In this document: positions 9,538-18,608 of the stretch, in pieces | Layout: every line of letters starts with the position of its first letter | How positions within the stretch are numbered: the first letter of the stretch is position 1 | Source: Acidimicrobiia bacterium | Lineage (GTDB): Bacteria; Actinomycetota; Acidimicrobiia; Spongiisociales; Spongiisociaceae | DNA: 64,000 nt | Assembly: GCA_022827785.1 (NCBI GenBank) | Contig: JAJEIM010000039.1 | Span: forward strand, 18,315 to 82,314 | Direction: 5' to 3' | Made by a program: the position numbers and the translations under genes | Notes under the pieces: model-generated | What the model saw: only the letters and a program-made list of their open reading frames with translations | Told to the model about the DNA's origin: nothing | The model's database searches: none

Positions 9538-11082
9538 ATGAGCGGGTTCTCCACTCTCACCGCCCTCATACTGGTGCCGGTGGCCGGCGCCGTGATCGTG
9601 ATGCTCATCCCGGAACGCCGCCGGGAGCTGGTGCGGCCCCTGGGGGTGGTGCTCAGCCTGCTGCCGGTCCCGCTGGCCGGCGGGCTGTTCCTGGCGTTCG
9701 AAAGGGGAGAGGCGGGATTCCAGTTCGTGGAGCGGTCCGTCTGGATCGACCGCCTGGGCGTAGGCTGGCATCTGGGGGTCGACGGTATCTCGCTGCTCCT
9801 GGTCCTGCTGACGACCGTCCTGGTCCCGGTCGCACTGGCCGCTTCCGGCGGCATCGATCACCGGGTACGGCTGTTCGTGGCCATGATCCTGCTGCTGGAG
9901 GCGGGGCTGATCGGGGTGTTCCTGTCGCTCGACCTGTTCCTCTTCTTCGTCTTCTTCGAGGCGATCCTGGTCCCGATGGCGTTCATCATCGGCATCTGGG
10001 GGAGCGAAAACCGCGTCTACGCGGCGGTCAAGTTCTTTCTCTACACGGCGCTGGGCTCGGCCCTGATGCTGGCCGGCATCATCGCCCTGGCCCTCATCCA
10101 CCGGGAGCAGGTGGGCGAGATCAGCTTCTCGTATCTCGGGATGCTGGACCTCGATCTCGGCCTCGATACCCAGCGGTGGTTGTTCGGGGCGTTCCTGGTG
10201 GCCTTCGCCATCAAGGTACCGGTGTTCCCGCTCCACACCTGGCTTCCTGACGCCCATGTGGAGGCGCCCACCGCCGGATCGGTGCTGCTGGCGGGAGTCC
10301 TACTGAAGCTCGGCACCTACGGGCTCCTCCGGTTCAACCTGCCCCTGTTCCCCGAGGCGACCCTCGACTTCGTGCCTCTCCTGGCCACCCTGGCGGTGGT
10401 GGGGGTGATCTACGGAGCGGTGGTGGCCATCGTCCAACCCGATCTGAAGAAGCCGGTGGCCTACTCCTCGGTCAGCCACCTGGGCTTCATAGTCCTCGGG
10501 ACCTTCGCCCTCACCTCCCAGAGTCTGGAGGGGAGCGTGGTCCAGATGATCAACCACGGTCTCACGACCGGAGCACTGTTCCTGCTGGTCGGGATCCTCT
10601 ACGAGCGCCGTCACACCAAGGCCATCGCCGACTTCGGGGGCCTCGCCTCGTCGATGCCCGTTTTCGCGGGCCTGTTCCTTTTCATCGCCTTCGCCTCAAT
10701 CGGGCTGCCGGGCCTGAACGGTTTCGTGGGCGAGTTCCTGATCCTCGTGGGAAGCTACCCGACCCTGCCGGTGTACACGGTGCTATCAGCCACCGGTGTC
10801 ATCCTGGCCGCGGTCTACCTGCTGTGGGCTTACGAGCGGGTCTTCACCGGCGAGATCACGAACCCGGCCAACCGGCAGGTCCCGGACCTGTCGATCGGGG
10901 AGACCCTGGTCTTCGTGCCGCTGGTGGCGCTCATAATCGTGCTGGGCGTCTACCCGAAGGTGGCGCTGGACGTGATCGGTCCTTCCACCGACGCGGTCCT
11001 GGAACGGGTGGAGGCCACCACCGGGTTCACGGCGCCGGAACCGGGCGGTGACCGTCTCGTGGTATCGGGGAGCGGGGAATGA
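9538..11082 (+). CDS. nuoM: NADH-quinone oxidoreductase subunit M
   Basis: 514-aa ND4/NuoM-like antiporter subunit (FAIKVPVFPLHTWLPDAHVEAPTAGSVLLAGVLLKLGTYG). Confidence 0.92.
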   Translation: MSGFSTLTALILVPVAGAVIVMLIPERRRELVRPLGVVLSLLPVPLAGGLFLAFERGEAGFQFVERSVWIDRLGVGWHLGVDGISLLLVLLTTVLVPVALAASGGIDHRVRLFVAMILLLEAGLIGVFLSLDLFLFFVFFEAILVPMAFIIGIWGSENRVYAAVKFFLYTALGSALMLAGIIALALIHREQVGEISFSYLGMLDLDLGLDTQRWLFGAFLVAFAIKVPVFPLHTWLPDAHVEAPTAGSVLLAGVLLKLGTYGLLRFNLPLFPEATLDFVPLLATLAVVGVIYGAVVAIVQPDLKKPVAYSSVSHLGFIVLGTFALTSQSLEGSVVQMINHGLTTGALFLLVGILYERRHTKAIADFGGLASSMPVFAGLFLFIAFASIGLPGLNGFVGEFLILVGSYPTLPVYTVLSATGVILAAVYLLWAYERVFTGEITNPANRQVPDLSIGETLVFVPLVALIIVLGVYPKVALDVIGPSTDAVLERVEATTGFTAPEPGGDRLVVSGSGE

Positions 11083-12521
11083 CCGGCGTCTCCTACCTGG
11101 CGGTAGCACCCGAGATCATCCTTACCGCGGGGGCGGTGGTGGTGCTGATGGTGGACGTGTTCGCCCGGCCCTCGTCCCGCGTACACGGGTGGCTGGTCTC
11201 GGCGACCTACGCGCTCGTCGCGATCGCGATCGGGTTCCAGTGGCGCCGGGTCGACATCGACGGACCCGGCCTGTCGTTCGGAGGAACCCTCCTCCTGAAC
11301 CACCTATCGGTGACCGTGCGGGCCGTCCTGCTGGTGACGGCCGTGTTGGGTACGGCCGCAGCCTGGCGGATGCTGATCGGGCTGCGCCGCCGCGCCGCCG
11401 AGGGAGTCGCCCTGGTCATGGTGGCGACGGTCGGCTTCATGCTGATGGGCGCCTCGGCCGACCTGGTGATGACCTTCGTTGCGCTGGAGGTGGGCTCGAT
11501 CGCCCTCTACGTGCTGGCCGGCATCGTGCGCAGCTCGCCGGCGGGCGACGAGGCGGCCATGAAGTACTTCCTGCTGGGCGCCTTCGCCTCCGCCATCTTC
11601 ATCTACGGCGGGGCGCTGATCTACGCGGCGGCAGGCAGCACCAACGTCTACGAGATAGCGGCCCGCCTGTCGGGCGTTCATGTGGTCCGTCCGGCGGTAC
11701 TGCTGATCGGGATCGGCCTGATCGTGGTCGGCCTGGGTTTCAAGGTCACCGCGGCGCCATTCCACTCCTGGGCGCCGGACGTCTACCAGGGCGCTCCGGC
11801 AGGAGTAGTTGGGTTCATGGCGGCCGTGGCCAAGATCGGAGGCTTCGCCGCCCTGCTCAACATCCTGACCGGCGGCTTCGAGCGCTACTCCGGGGCGTGG
11901 GGTGATGGCCTGGCCCTGGTAGCAGCGGTGTCCGTGATTCTGGGGACCCTGATGGCGATCCAGCAATCGGACGTGCGGAGGATGCTGGCGTATTCGGGAG
12001 TGGCCCATGCCGGCTTCATCCTGACCGGGCTGGCGGCAGGGCTGGTGGCCAGTTCAGGAATCCTGTTCTATCTGGCCACCTACTCGGTCATGGTGGTGGG
12101 GGCGTTCGCGGCGGTGACGGCGGTCAGCGGTCAGGCCGCCACAGGTAGCTCCTTCGAGGAGTACCGAGGCCTCGGCCGGCGGTCGCCCGTGGTGGCGGCG
12201 GTTCTGGCCACACTGATGATCGCCATGTCCGGCATGCCCCTCACCACCGGGTTCATCGGCAAGTTCCAAGTGTTCACCTCTGCTTGGGAGGGCGGATACG
12301 AATGGCTGGTGATCACCGGCCTGCTGGCATCGGTGGCGGCTTTCTTCTTCTACCTGCGGCTGGTGGTGGTGATGTACTTCGGTGGAGAGGACGGCGACGG
12401 AACGACCCTCGAAACAGCCCGGAGCATCCGTTGGGTGCTGGTCTTCTCGGCCGGCGCATCCGTGTTGCTGGGCGTCTTCCCCGGCCCCCTGCTCGACGTG
12501 TTGAACCGGGTCGGTGCCTAG
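11079..12521 (+). CDS. nuoN: NADH-quinone oxidoreductase subunit N
   Basis: 480-aa ND2/NuoN-like subunit (FKVTAAPFHSWAPDVYQGAPAGVVGFMA). ATGA overlap with nuoM; last gene of the nuo series. Confidence 0.92.
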   Translation: MTGVSYLAVAPEIILTAGAVVVLMVDVFARPSSRVHGWLVSATYALVAIAIGFQWRRVDIDGPGLSFGGTLLLNHLSVTVRAVLLVTAVLGTAAAWRMLIGLRRRAAEGVALVMVATVGFMLMGASADLVMTFVALEVGSIALYVLAGIVRSSPAGDEAAMKYFLLGAFASAIFIYGGALIYAAAGSTNVYEIAARLSGVHVVRPAVLLIGIGLIVVGLGFKVTAAPFHSWAPDVYQGAPAGVVGFMAAVAKIGGFAALLNILTGGFERYSGAWGDGLALVAAVSVILGTLMAIQQSDVRRMLAYSGVAHAGFILTGLAAGLVASSGILFYLATYSVMVVGAFAAVTAVSGQAATGSSFEEYRGLGRRSPVVAAVLATLMIAMSGMPLTTGFIGKFQVFTSAWEGGYEWLVITGLLASVAAFFFYLRLVVVMYFGGEDGDGTTLETARSIRWVLVFSAGASVLLGVFPGPLLDVLNRVGA

Positions 12522-12533
12522 AAAGGTACTGAA

Positions 12534-13772
12534 ATGTCCCGTCGGCCCGATCGGTGGCAACGAAATCCCTGGTCGAAGTGTCGCAGGTCGACCCTTCCCC
12601 GTCCTGTTGGGCACCTCTCGGAGCGTCCGGCCCTACGACTGTTCGGGCTGGGTCTGGTGGCACTCCTCCTGACGGCCGCCGGCGCTCCCGAGGCCCTCCA
12701 AGCGGTCAGCGGGGACATATACATCGTCCCGGAGGAGGAGGTGGTGGGCGAGAACCTCTACGTCTCGGCCTCGGTGGTCCGGATCCACGGGACGGTCGAG
12801 GGTGACCTTGTGGTTCTGGCCACCAGCCGCCTCCAGGTCACGGGCGCGGTGGAGGGGGACGTGGTCGGTTTCGCCCGGACGGCGTCGATCAAGGGTGCTG
12901 TCGGAGGGTCGGTCCGGCTGGCCGGTGTCGACCTCGAGGTGTCGGGCGAAGTGGGCGATGAAGTGGCCGTACTGGCCCGCGACGTGGTGCTGGGGGGCGA
13001 GATCGGTGGGGATGCGCTGGTTTGGGCGATGAGACTCCTGGCCGAAGGCGGGCTGGGTCGTGACCTGGGAGGCCGGACCCTCTGGGCGACGATCGACGGC
13101 TCGGTGGGCCGGGACGTGGAGATGACTGTCGACCACCTCCGGGTGGGTCCGGTCGCCGCGATCAGCGGAGACCTGGGCTATCGAAGTGCCGACGAGGCCG
13201 AGATCGACCCGGGTGCGTCCATCGGAGGCACTCTGGTGCGCCGGGCGCCCCTCGCGCCGGACCTCTGGTTGAGGGCGGGACGCCTCCTGGGAGGTCTGGT
13301 GGTCTTCTTGCTGTTCATCGCCATGGGGTTGATGGCGATCCGCTTCCGGCCGGGATGGCTCTATGCCTGCGTCGAACGCGTGCGCAGGCGCCCTGTAGGA
13401 ATCGTGATTCGGGGGATAGTCGCCCTCCTGATCCTGACCCTGCCGGTGACCGTCCCTGTCCTGGCCATCTGGGCCGGGCCGCCCGGCGTGGTGACGGCTG
13501 CCGTGACTGCGGGTCTGGTGAGCCTCGTTCCGGCCCTCCTGGCGTTCCTGCTCGCGTTCATCGCGGGGTCGGTGCCTGTAATCGTGTGGGCGTGGGGCCT
13601 GGTGACCAGGTTCCGGATGGGACCTTACGGGTCGTTCCTGGCGGCCGCCCTGTTGTTCGTGATCCTCCTCCAGGTTCCGTACGTGGGAGGGGTCCTGGCG
13701 ACGGTGCTGCCGGTCATGGCCCTCGGTGTCGCCTTCCGCAACCTGCCACAACGGTGGCGAAGGGTCTCCTAG
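12534..13772 (+). CDS. Membrane protein with bactofilin-like (polymer-forming, beta-helical) repeats and a multi-TM C-terminal domain
   Basis: An AAAGG Shine-Dalgarno lies 7 nt before the ATG. The protein has a basic N-terminus plus one TM, then ~190 aa of degenerate G-x-V/I-x-G-D/E-V/L repeats (HGTVEGDLVV, TGAVEGDVVG, KGAVGGSVRL, SGEVGDEVAV, GGEIGGDALV), then 4-5 TM helices. It starts 13 bp after nuoN on the same strand. Confidence 0.6.
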   Translation: MSRRPDRWQRNPWSKCRRSTLPRPVGHLSERPALRLFGLGLVALLLTAAGAPEALQAVSGDIYIVPEEEVVGENLYVSASVVRIHGTVEGDLVVLATSRLQVTGAVEGDVVGFARTASIKGAVGGSVRLAGVDLEVSGEVGDEVAVLARDVVLGGEIGGDALVWAMRLLAEGGLGRDLGGRTLWATIDGSVGRDVEMTVDHLRVGPVAAISGDLGYRSADEAEIDPGASIGGTLVRRAPLAPDLWLRAGRLLGGLVVFLLFIAMGLMAIRFRPGWLYACVERVRRRPVGIVIRGIVALLILTLPVTVPVLAIWAGPPGVVTAAVTAGLVSLVPALLAFLLAFIAGSVPVIVWAWGLVTRFRMGPYGSFLAAALLFVILLQVPYVGGVLATVLPVMALGVAFRNLPQRWRRVS

Positions 13773-13789
13773 AAGCCGGTGGTCTACCT

Positions 13790-16363
13790 CTAGCGTTTCC
13801 TCTTCTTGGGCGGCCACTTGCCCTGGCTCTTCAGCTTCTCCCGCTTGGCGGAGAGAAGCCGGGCGGCCTCCTCCGGGCCTAGACCGGCCACGGCGTCCTC
13901 CCTGACCGAGACGTTCACGGAGCCATCGGTGAGGTATGGCCCGTACCGTCCCGTCTTGATCACCATCTCGCTCCCGGACTCCGGGTCCTTGCCCATCTCT
14001 TTCAGGGGTGGTGCGGCCCGCCCGCCCCGGCGGGTCTTCGGCTGGTTCATCACCGTGACGGCCTCTTCCAGGGTGATGTCGAAGAGCAACTCCTGGTCTG
14101 CCAGATTCCGGTACTCGCTACCCATCTTCAGATAGGGTCCGTAGCGTCCCAGACCCGCCAAGATGGCCTGGCCGCTGTCGGGATGGACCCCGACCCGGCG
14201 CGGCAGGGAGAGCAGGCGCAGAGCGTCCTCCAGGCTCAGCGAGTCCAGTTCCATACCGGTCAGCAGGGAGGTCCGCTTGGGCTTCTGGCGGGACCCGGTG
14301 ACCTGCTCGCCAAGCTGCACGTAGGGCCCGTAGCGTCCGTTGCGGGCCAGGACGGTCAGACCCGAATCGGGATCGGTGCCCAGGATCTTGTCGCCCGAAG
14401 GAGCATCGAGGAGCTTGACGGCTCTTTCGAGGGTCAACTCGTCCGGCGGCAGGTCGTCCGGTATCGAGGCTCGATCCTCGCCCCTCACCAGATACGGGCC
14501 GTACCTGCCCACCCGCGCTACCACCTCGGCGCCGGAGGGGTCCTCCCCGATGCGGATGAAGAGGCTGCGGGGGTCGATCTCCTTGACGCGGTCGGTAGCG
14601 ATCAACTCCAGCAGGCCGGGGGATCCGTTCCCGTGGAAGAAGCGACTCAGCCAGGGAACCTTCCGCTCCTCGCCCCGGGCGATCTTGTCGAGGCCGTCCT
14701 CCATGCGGGAGGTGAAGCCGTAGTCGACCAGGTGGTCGAAGTGGCGTTCCAGTAGCTCGGTGGTCGCGAACGCCGTCACCGACGGGACCAGCGCAGTCCT
14801 CTTCTTGAACACGTAGTCGCGCTCGATGATCGTGGATACGGTGGAGGCGTAGGTGGACGGCCTGCCGATTCCCCTGTCCTCGAGTTCCTTGATCAGGGAG
14901 GCCTCGCTGTACCGGCTCGGCGGCTCCGTGCGGTGTTCCCTGGCGAGGGCGTCCTGGGCGGTGACCCGGTCGTCCACCTCGAGCCGCGGCAGGTGACGCT
15001 CCCGATCAGCCTGGGCGTATGCCTTCAGAAAGCCGGGGAAGCGGATGACGAGGCCCGACGCCTCGAACGCCGCGTCCGTTCCGTTCTCGAGAACGGTCCC
15101 CGCCCGGACCCGGGTGGACTCGCCGCGGGCCGGTGCCATCTGCGAGGCCAGGGTGCGGGCCCACACCAGTTGGTAGACCAGGTGCTGGTCGCGGTCGGAC
15201 ACCAGCGACACCACTTCCTCCGGTGTCTTCCACCGGTCGCCGGCGGGCCGAATGGCCTCGTGCGCCTCCTGGGCGTTGGCCACCTTGCCGGTGTACCGGA
15301 TGGGTCCGGGGGGCAGGTAGTCCTTGCCGAACCGCCTGGCCACTTCGGAGCGGGCCGTCTGCAGGGCGGTCTCCGACAGGGTGATGCTGTCGGTCCGCAT
15401 GTAGGTGATGTAGCCGTGCTCGTAGAGGGACTGGGCGGCCCGCATGGTCCGGCCCGGCTCGAACCGCAGCCTGGTAGAGGCTTCTCGTTGCAGGGTCGAC
15501 GTCCGGAAGGGAGCCTGGGGTTTACGGGTATACGGCCTGCGGTCCACCGACCGGATCCGCAGCAGGGAGCCCTCGAGCGCCCGGGCGAGCCGGGCCGACC
15601 GGTCCTCGTCCAGGAGTATGACGCCGGTGGGCTCCAGGTTCCCCTTGGAGTCGAAGTCCTTGCTCGCGGCCGGACGCACACCGTCAACGGCTACCAGATG
15701 CGCCTGGAAGTCCTCACCGCCGCCGGTGACGAGCCGGGCCTCCACATTCCAGAAACTCGCCGATCGGAATGCAATCCGCCGGCGCTCCCGCTCCACCAGC
15801 AGGCGCACGGCCACGCTCTGCACCCGTCCCGCGGAGAGGCCCCTCCTGACCTTGCGCCACAGCACGGGCGACACGCCGTAACCGACCAGCCGGTCCAGGG
15901 TTCGCCGGGCTTCCTGGGCGTCCACCCGGTAGCTGTCGATGGACCGGGGATTGGCCAGGGCGTTGCGGATCGCACCCGGTGTGATCTCATGGAACACCAT
16001 GCGGTGGGTCGGGATCTTGGGCTTCAACACCTCGGTGAGGTGCCAGGCGATGGCCTCTCCCTCGCGGTCCTCATCGGTAGCCAGGTACAGCTCGGATGCC
16101 TCCTTGGCCGCCTGCCGCAGCTTGGACACGATCCGGCGCCGGTCCCCGGGAACGATGTACAGGGGTTCGAAATCGTTGTTGACGTCGACTCCCCAGTTCT
16201 TGGCCCATGCCTGGTCCCGGTACTTGGCAGGGATCTGGTTGGCACGGTTGGGCAGGTCGCGAATGTGCCCCTGGCACGATTCCACCCGGTAGCCCCTTCC
16301 CAGGTAGCCCCCGATGGTCTTGGCCTTGGCGTTGGATTCGACGATGATGAGCGGTCTGTCCAT
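13790..16363 (-). CDS. topA: DNA topoisomerase I
   Basis: 857 aa with a Toprim N-terminus (LIIVESNAKAKTIGGYLG...), the DEDREGEAIAWH motif, and repeated C-terminal GRYGPY(L/V) elements typical of actinobacterial TopA. Confidence 0.95.
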   Translation of the reverse strand: MDRPLIIVESNAKAKTIGGYLGRGYRVESCQGHIRDLPNRANQIPAKYRDQAWAKNWGVDVNNDFEPLYIVPGDRRRIVSKLRQAAKEASELYLATDEDREGEAIAWHLTEVLKPKIPTHRMVFHEITPGAIRNALANPRSIDSYRVDAQEARRTLDRLVGYGVSPVLWRKVRRGLSAGRVQSVAVRLLVERERRRIAFRSASFWNVEARLVTGGGEDFQAHLVAVDGVRPAASKDFDSKGNLEPTGVILLDEDRSARLARALEGSLLRIRSVDRRPYTRKPQAPFRTSTLQREASTRLRFEPGRTMRAAQSLYEHGYITYMRTDSITLSETALQTARSEVARRFGKDYLPPGPIRYTGKVANAQEAHEAIRPAGDRWKTPEEVVSLVSDRDQHLVYQLVWARTLASQMAPARGESTRVRAGTVLENGTDAAFEASGLVIRFPGFLKAYAQADRERHLPRLEVDDRVTAQDALAREHRTEPPSRYSEASLIKELEDRGIGRPSTYASTVSTIIERDYVFKKRTALVPSVTAFATTELLERHFDHLVDYGFTSRMEDGLDKIARGEERKVPWLSRFFHGNGSPGLLELIATDRVKEIDPRSLFIRIGEDPSGAEVVARVGRYGPYLVRGEDRASIPDDLPPDELTLERAVKLLDAPSGDKILGTDPDSGLTVLARNGRYGPYVQLGEQVTGSRQKPKRTSLLTGMELDSLSLEDALRLLSLPRRVGVHPDSGQAILAGLGRYGPYLKMGSEYRNLADQELLFDITLEEAVTVMNQPKTRRGGRAAPPLKEMGKDPESGSEMVIKTGRYGPYLTDGSVNVSVREDAVAGLGPEEAARLLSAKREKLKSQGKWPPKKRKR

Positions 16364-16370
16364 GAGGTCT

Positions 16371-16399
16371 TAATATCCTCATTCTGTCGGGCTTGTCAA
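16371..16399 (-). promoter_or_regulatory. Candidate sigma-70-type promoter of topA, positioned for a leaderless mRNA
   Basis: The minus strand reads TTGACA (16399-16394), a 16-17 nt spacer, then GATATT/ATATTA (to 16371). Only 7-8 nt remain before the topA ATG at 16363. Confidence 0.4.
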
Positions 16400-16813
16400 A
16401 ACGGGGCGGTCGCCGGCGACCGGCCGGTCCGGGACGATACTGCCCGAGCCCCACCGGCTACGAGCGTAACCGGAGGGTGCGACGCGACATCGGAGGGTGC
16501 TGGAATAGCCCCCGCAAGGGGGTCGCCCGCTAGCGACCGGTGCCAAGCCAGGTACTTGGCCAACCGGCGAACCCCGCTAGATTCACTTTCAGTACCCTCC
16601 TAGAGGACGACCATAGAACTAGTACGCAAAGGCGCTTTCGCCAGGCTCTGGTGGGCAAGCGCCGCCTCTTCGTGGGGCGACTGGATCACGTTTTTCGCCA
16701 CGCTGGCGCTGGCCGAACGCATAGGTGGCAGCACCGCGGTCCTGGTCCCCCTGGTCAGCCGGATTATCCCCAGCCTCCTACTCGGTTCGCTGGCAGGTGT
16801 CCTGGCCGATCGA

Positions 16814-17977
16814 TTGGACCGCAAGTGGACGATGGTGCTCTCCGATGCCGGACGCGCGGTCGTAGTCCTCTGGCTGGTGCTGGCCAATGATCTGGTCACC
16901 ATTGCCATCATCTCCTCGATTCTCGAGATCCTGACCATGGTTCGCCAACCCGCTCGGGAGGCGGCCGTGCCCACGCTGGTCGATACGGAACAGTTGGTGA
17001 AGGCCAACAGCTTCTCCGCGGCCGCCGCCTACGGAACCGCTCCGATCGGCGCGGCCACCTGGTCGGGCCTGGCCGCCCTCTACGCGCTGGTGGGCGCGGT
17101 GGGTCCGATCGACCGGGCCCCCGACCTGGCCTTCGCCTTCGACTCCCTGACCTTCCTGGTTTCCGGGGCGATCGTGGCCACCATCGGCATCCCCAAGCCG
17201 ACCCTGGCCGAGGGGAGCGGCGCCGGGGACCGGAAGGGTCGGGACTGGCTGCAACCGTTGCGCGACCTGGTGGAGGGCTTTGCCTTCGTCACCCGGACCC
17301 GTACCGTCCGCCGGGTTGTGTTCGGGATGGCGGTGGCCCTCTTCGGCGGGAGCGCTCTGCTGCCCCTGGGCCAGTCGTTCGCCAGGACCGTCCTGCGAGG
17401 AGGCGATACGGGGTTCGGGGTGCTGGTCACGGCCCTGGGCGTCGGGGTGGGTCTGGGCATGTTGGGGGTGGCCGTGTTCAGTTCCGACCGGACCCGTTTC
17501 GACCTGACCTATGCCCTGAGCCTGGCCCTGGCCGGTCTGGCCATCGCGCTGGCCGCTTTCGCCCAGACCATCATCGGGGCGGCCGGGTGGGTGCTGGTCG
17601 GTGGGATCGGGACCGGCGTGGCCTACGTCACGGGCTTCACCCACCTCCATGGCGAGGTGGACGACACGCTCCGAGGACGCACCTTCGCGGCCCTGTTCAC
17701 GCTGGTCCGTATGGCCATGCTGGCCTCGTTCGCGCTCGCGGTGGTGGTGGCAAACGCTCTCGACGGCATCTTCCCCGCCCCGTTCGACAGCGGCATCCGG
17801 AACCTCTTCGGGTTGTCCGGCGTTCTGATCCTGGCCACGGGCTCGCTGCTGATCATCGCCATCAGGTCGGCTCTCCTCAAAGATGTCCCGCCAGAGGTAC
17901 GTCGGTCGATCAGGGACACCTCCCGTGCCTTCGGCTCGATGAGGGGCCGTCGGGGCGACTCCGGGTACCGCGATTGA
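16814..17977 (+). CDS. MFS transporter (the coding frame probably begins upstream, near 16613)
   Basis: The ORF track starts at the TTG at 16814. The same frame is open back to 16604 and encodes the expected first MFS helices (FARLWWASAASSWGDWITFFATLALAERIGG...). The only start-like codon with an SD (AGAGGA 16602-16607) is the ATA at 16613. Confidence 0.8.
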   Translation: MDRKWTMVLSDAGRAVVVLWLVLANDLVTIAIISSILEILTMVRQPAREAAVPTLVDTEQLVKANSFSAAAAYGTAPIGAATWSGLAALYALVGAVGPIDRAPDLAFAFDSLTFLVSGAIVATIGIPKPTLAEGSGAGDRKGRDWLQPLRDLVEGFAFVTRTRTVRRVVFGMAVALFGGSALLPLGQSFARTVLRGGDTGFGVLVTALGVGVGLGMLGVAVFSSDRTRFDLTYALSLALAGLAIALAAFAQTIIGAAGWVLVGGIGTGVAYVTGFTHLHGEVDDTLRGRTFAALFTLVRMAMLASFALAVVVANALDGIFPAPFDSGIRNLFGLSGVLILATGSLLIIAIRSALLKDVPPEVRRSIRDTSRAFGSMRGRRGDSGYRD

Positions 17978-18008
17978 ACCGGTGCCAGGCGGCGGGAGGC
18001 TGGTGCGA

Positions 18009-18608
18009 ATGAACCGTTACGTGGCGCTCGAGGGGATCGAAGGGGCCGGCAAGACCAGCGTTTCGGCCGCACTGGCCCTTCGCCTCGAGGAGGCCGGCCA
18101 CGAGGTGATAAGGGTGCGCGAACCGGGAGGAACCGCGGTTGGGGAAGGCTTGCGGCAGCTCCTCCTAGACGGGCCTCCGGTAACGCCCTGGGCCGAGGCG
18201 CTGATGTTCGCTGCGGCTCGGTCCCAACTGGTCACCGAGGTGATCCGTCCCGCCCTCGATCGGGGAGCCTGGGTGCTCAGCGACCGCTCCGTCTACTCGT
18301 CGCTCGCCTACCAGGGTGCGGGCCGCCGGCTGGGCATGGATAGCGTCCGCCGGATCAACCGGCCCGGCCTGGCGGGTACCTGGCCCGAGGTGGTAGTGCT
18401 GCTCACCGTTTCTCCGCAGCAGGGCCTGGCGCGCCAGGCCAGGCCGGATCGGATCGGCTCCCAGGGGCTTCAATTCCAGCGGGCGGTCGCCGAGGGTTTC
18501 GCCAGACTCGCCGGCGAAGAACCGGAGCGCTTCGTAGTGATCGACGGTGGGCGTCCGATGGAGCAGGTGGTAGCCGCCGCCTGGGACGCCTTGGAGGCCC
18601 GAGCCTGA
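18009..18608 (+). CDS. tmk: Thymidylate kinase
   Basis: MNRYVALEGIEGAGKTS P-loop and DRSVYSSLAYQG motif. The track ORF starts at 17982; the ATG at 18009 gives the canonical N-terminus. Confidence 0.9.
   Translation: MNRYVALEGIEGAGKTSVSAALALRLEEAGHEVIRVREPGGTAVGEGLRQLLLDGPPVTPWAEALMFAAARSQLVTEVIRPALDRGAWVLSDRSVYSSLAYQGAGRRLGMDSVRRINRPGLAGTWPEVVVLLTVSPQQGLARQARPDRIGSQGLQFQRAVAEGFARLAGEEPERFVVIDGGRPMEQVVAAAWDALEARA

Noticed and set aside
16408-16421. Perfect 14-bp palindrome GGTCGCCGGCGACC upstream of topA, with GGTCGC/GCGACC arms recurring at 16521-16538.
   Set aside because: GC-rich palindromes of this size are common in such genomes. It may be an operator, but with one perfect copy there is no basis for assigning a factor. 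It is mentioned under the leader finding only.
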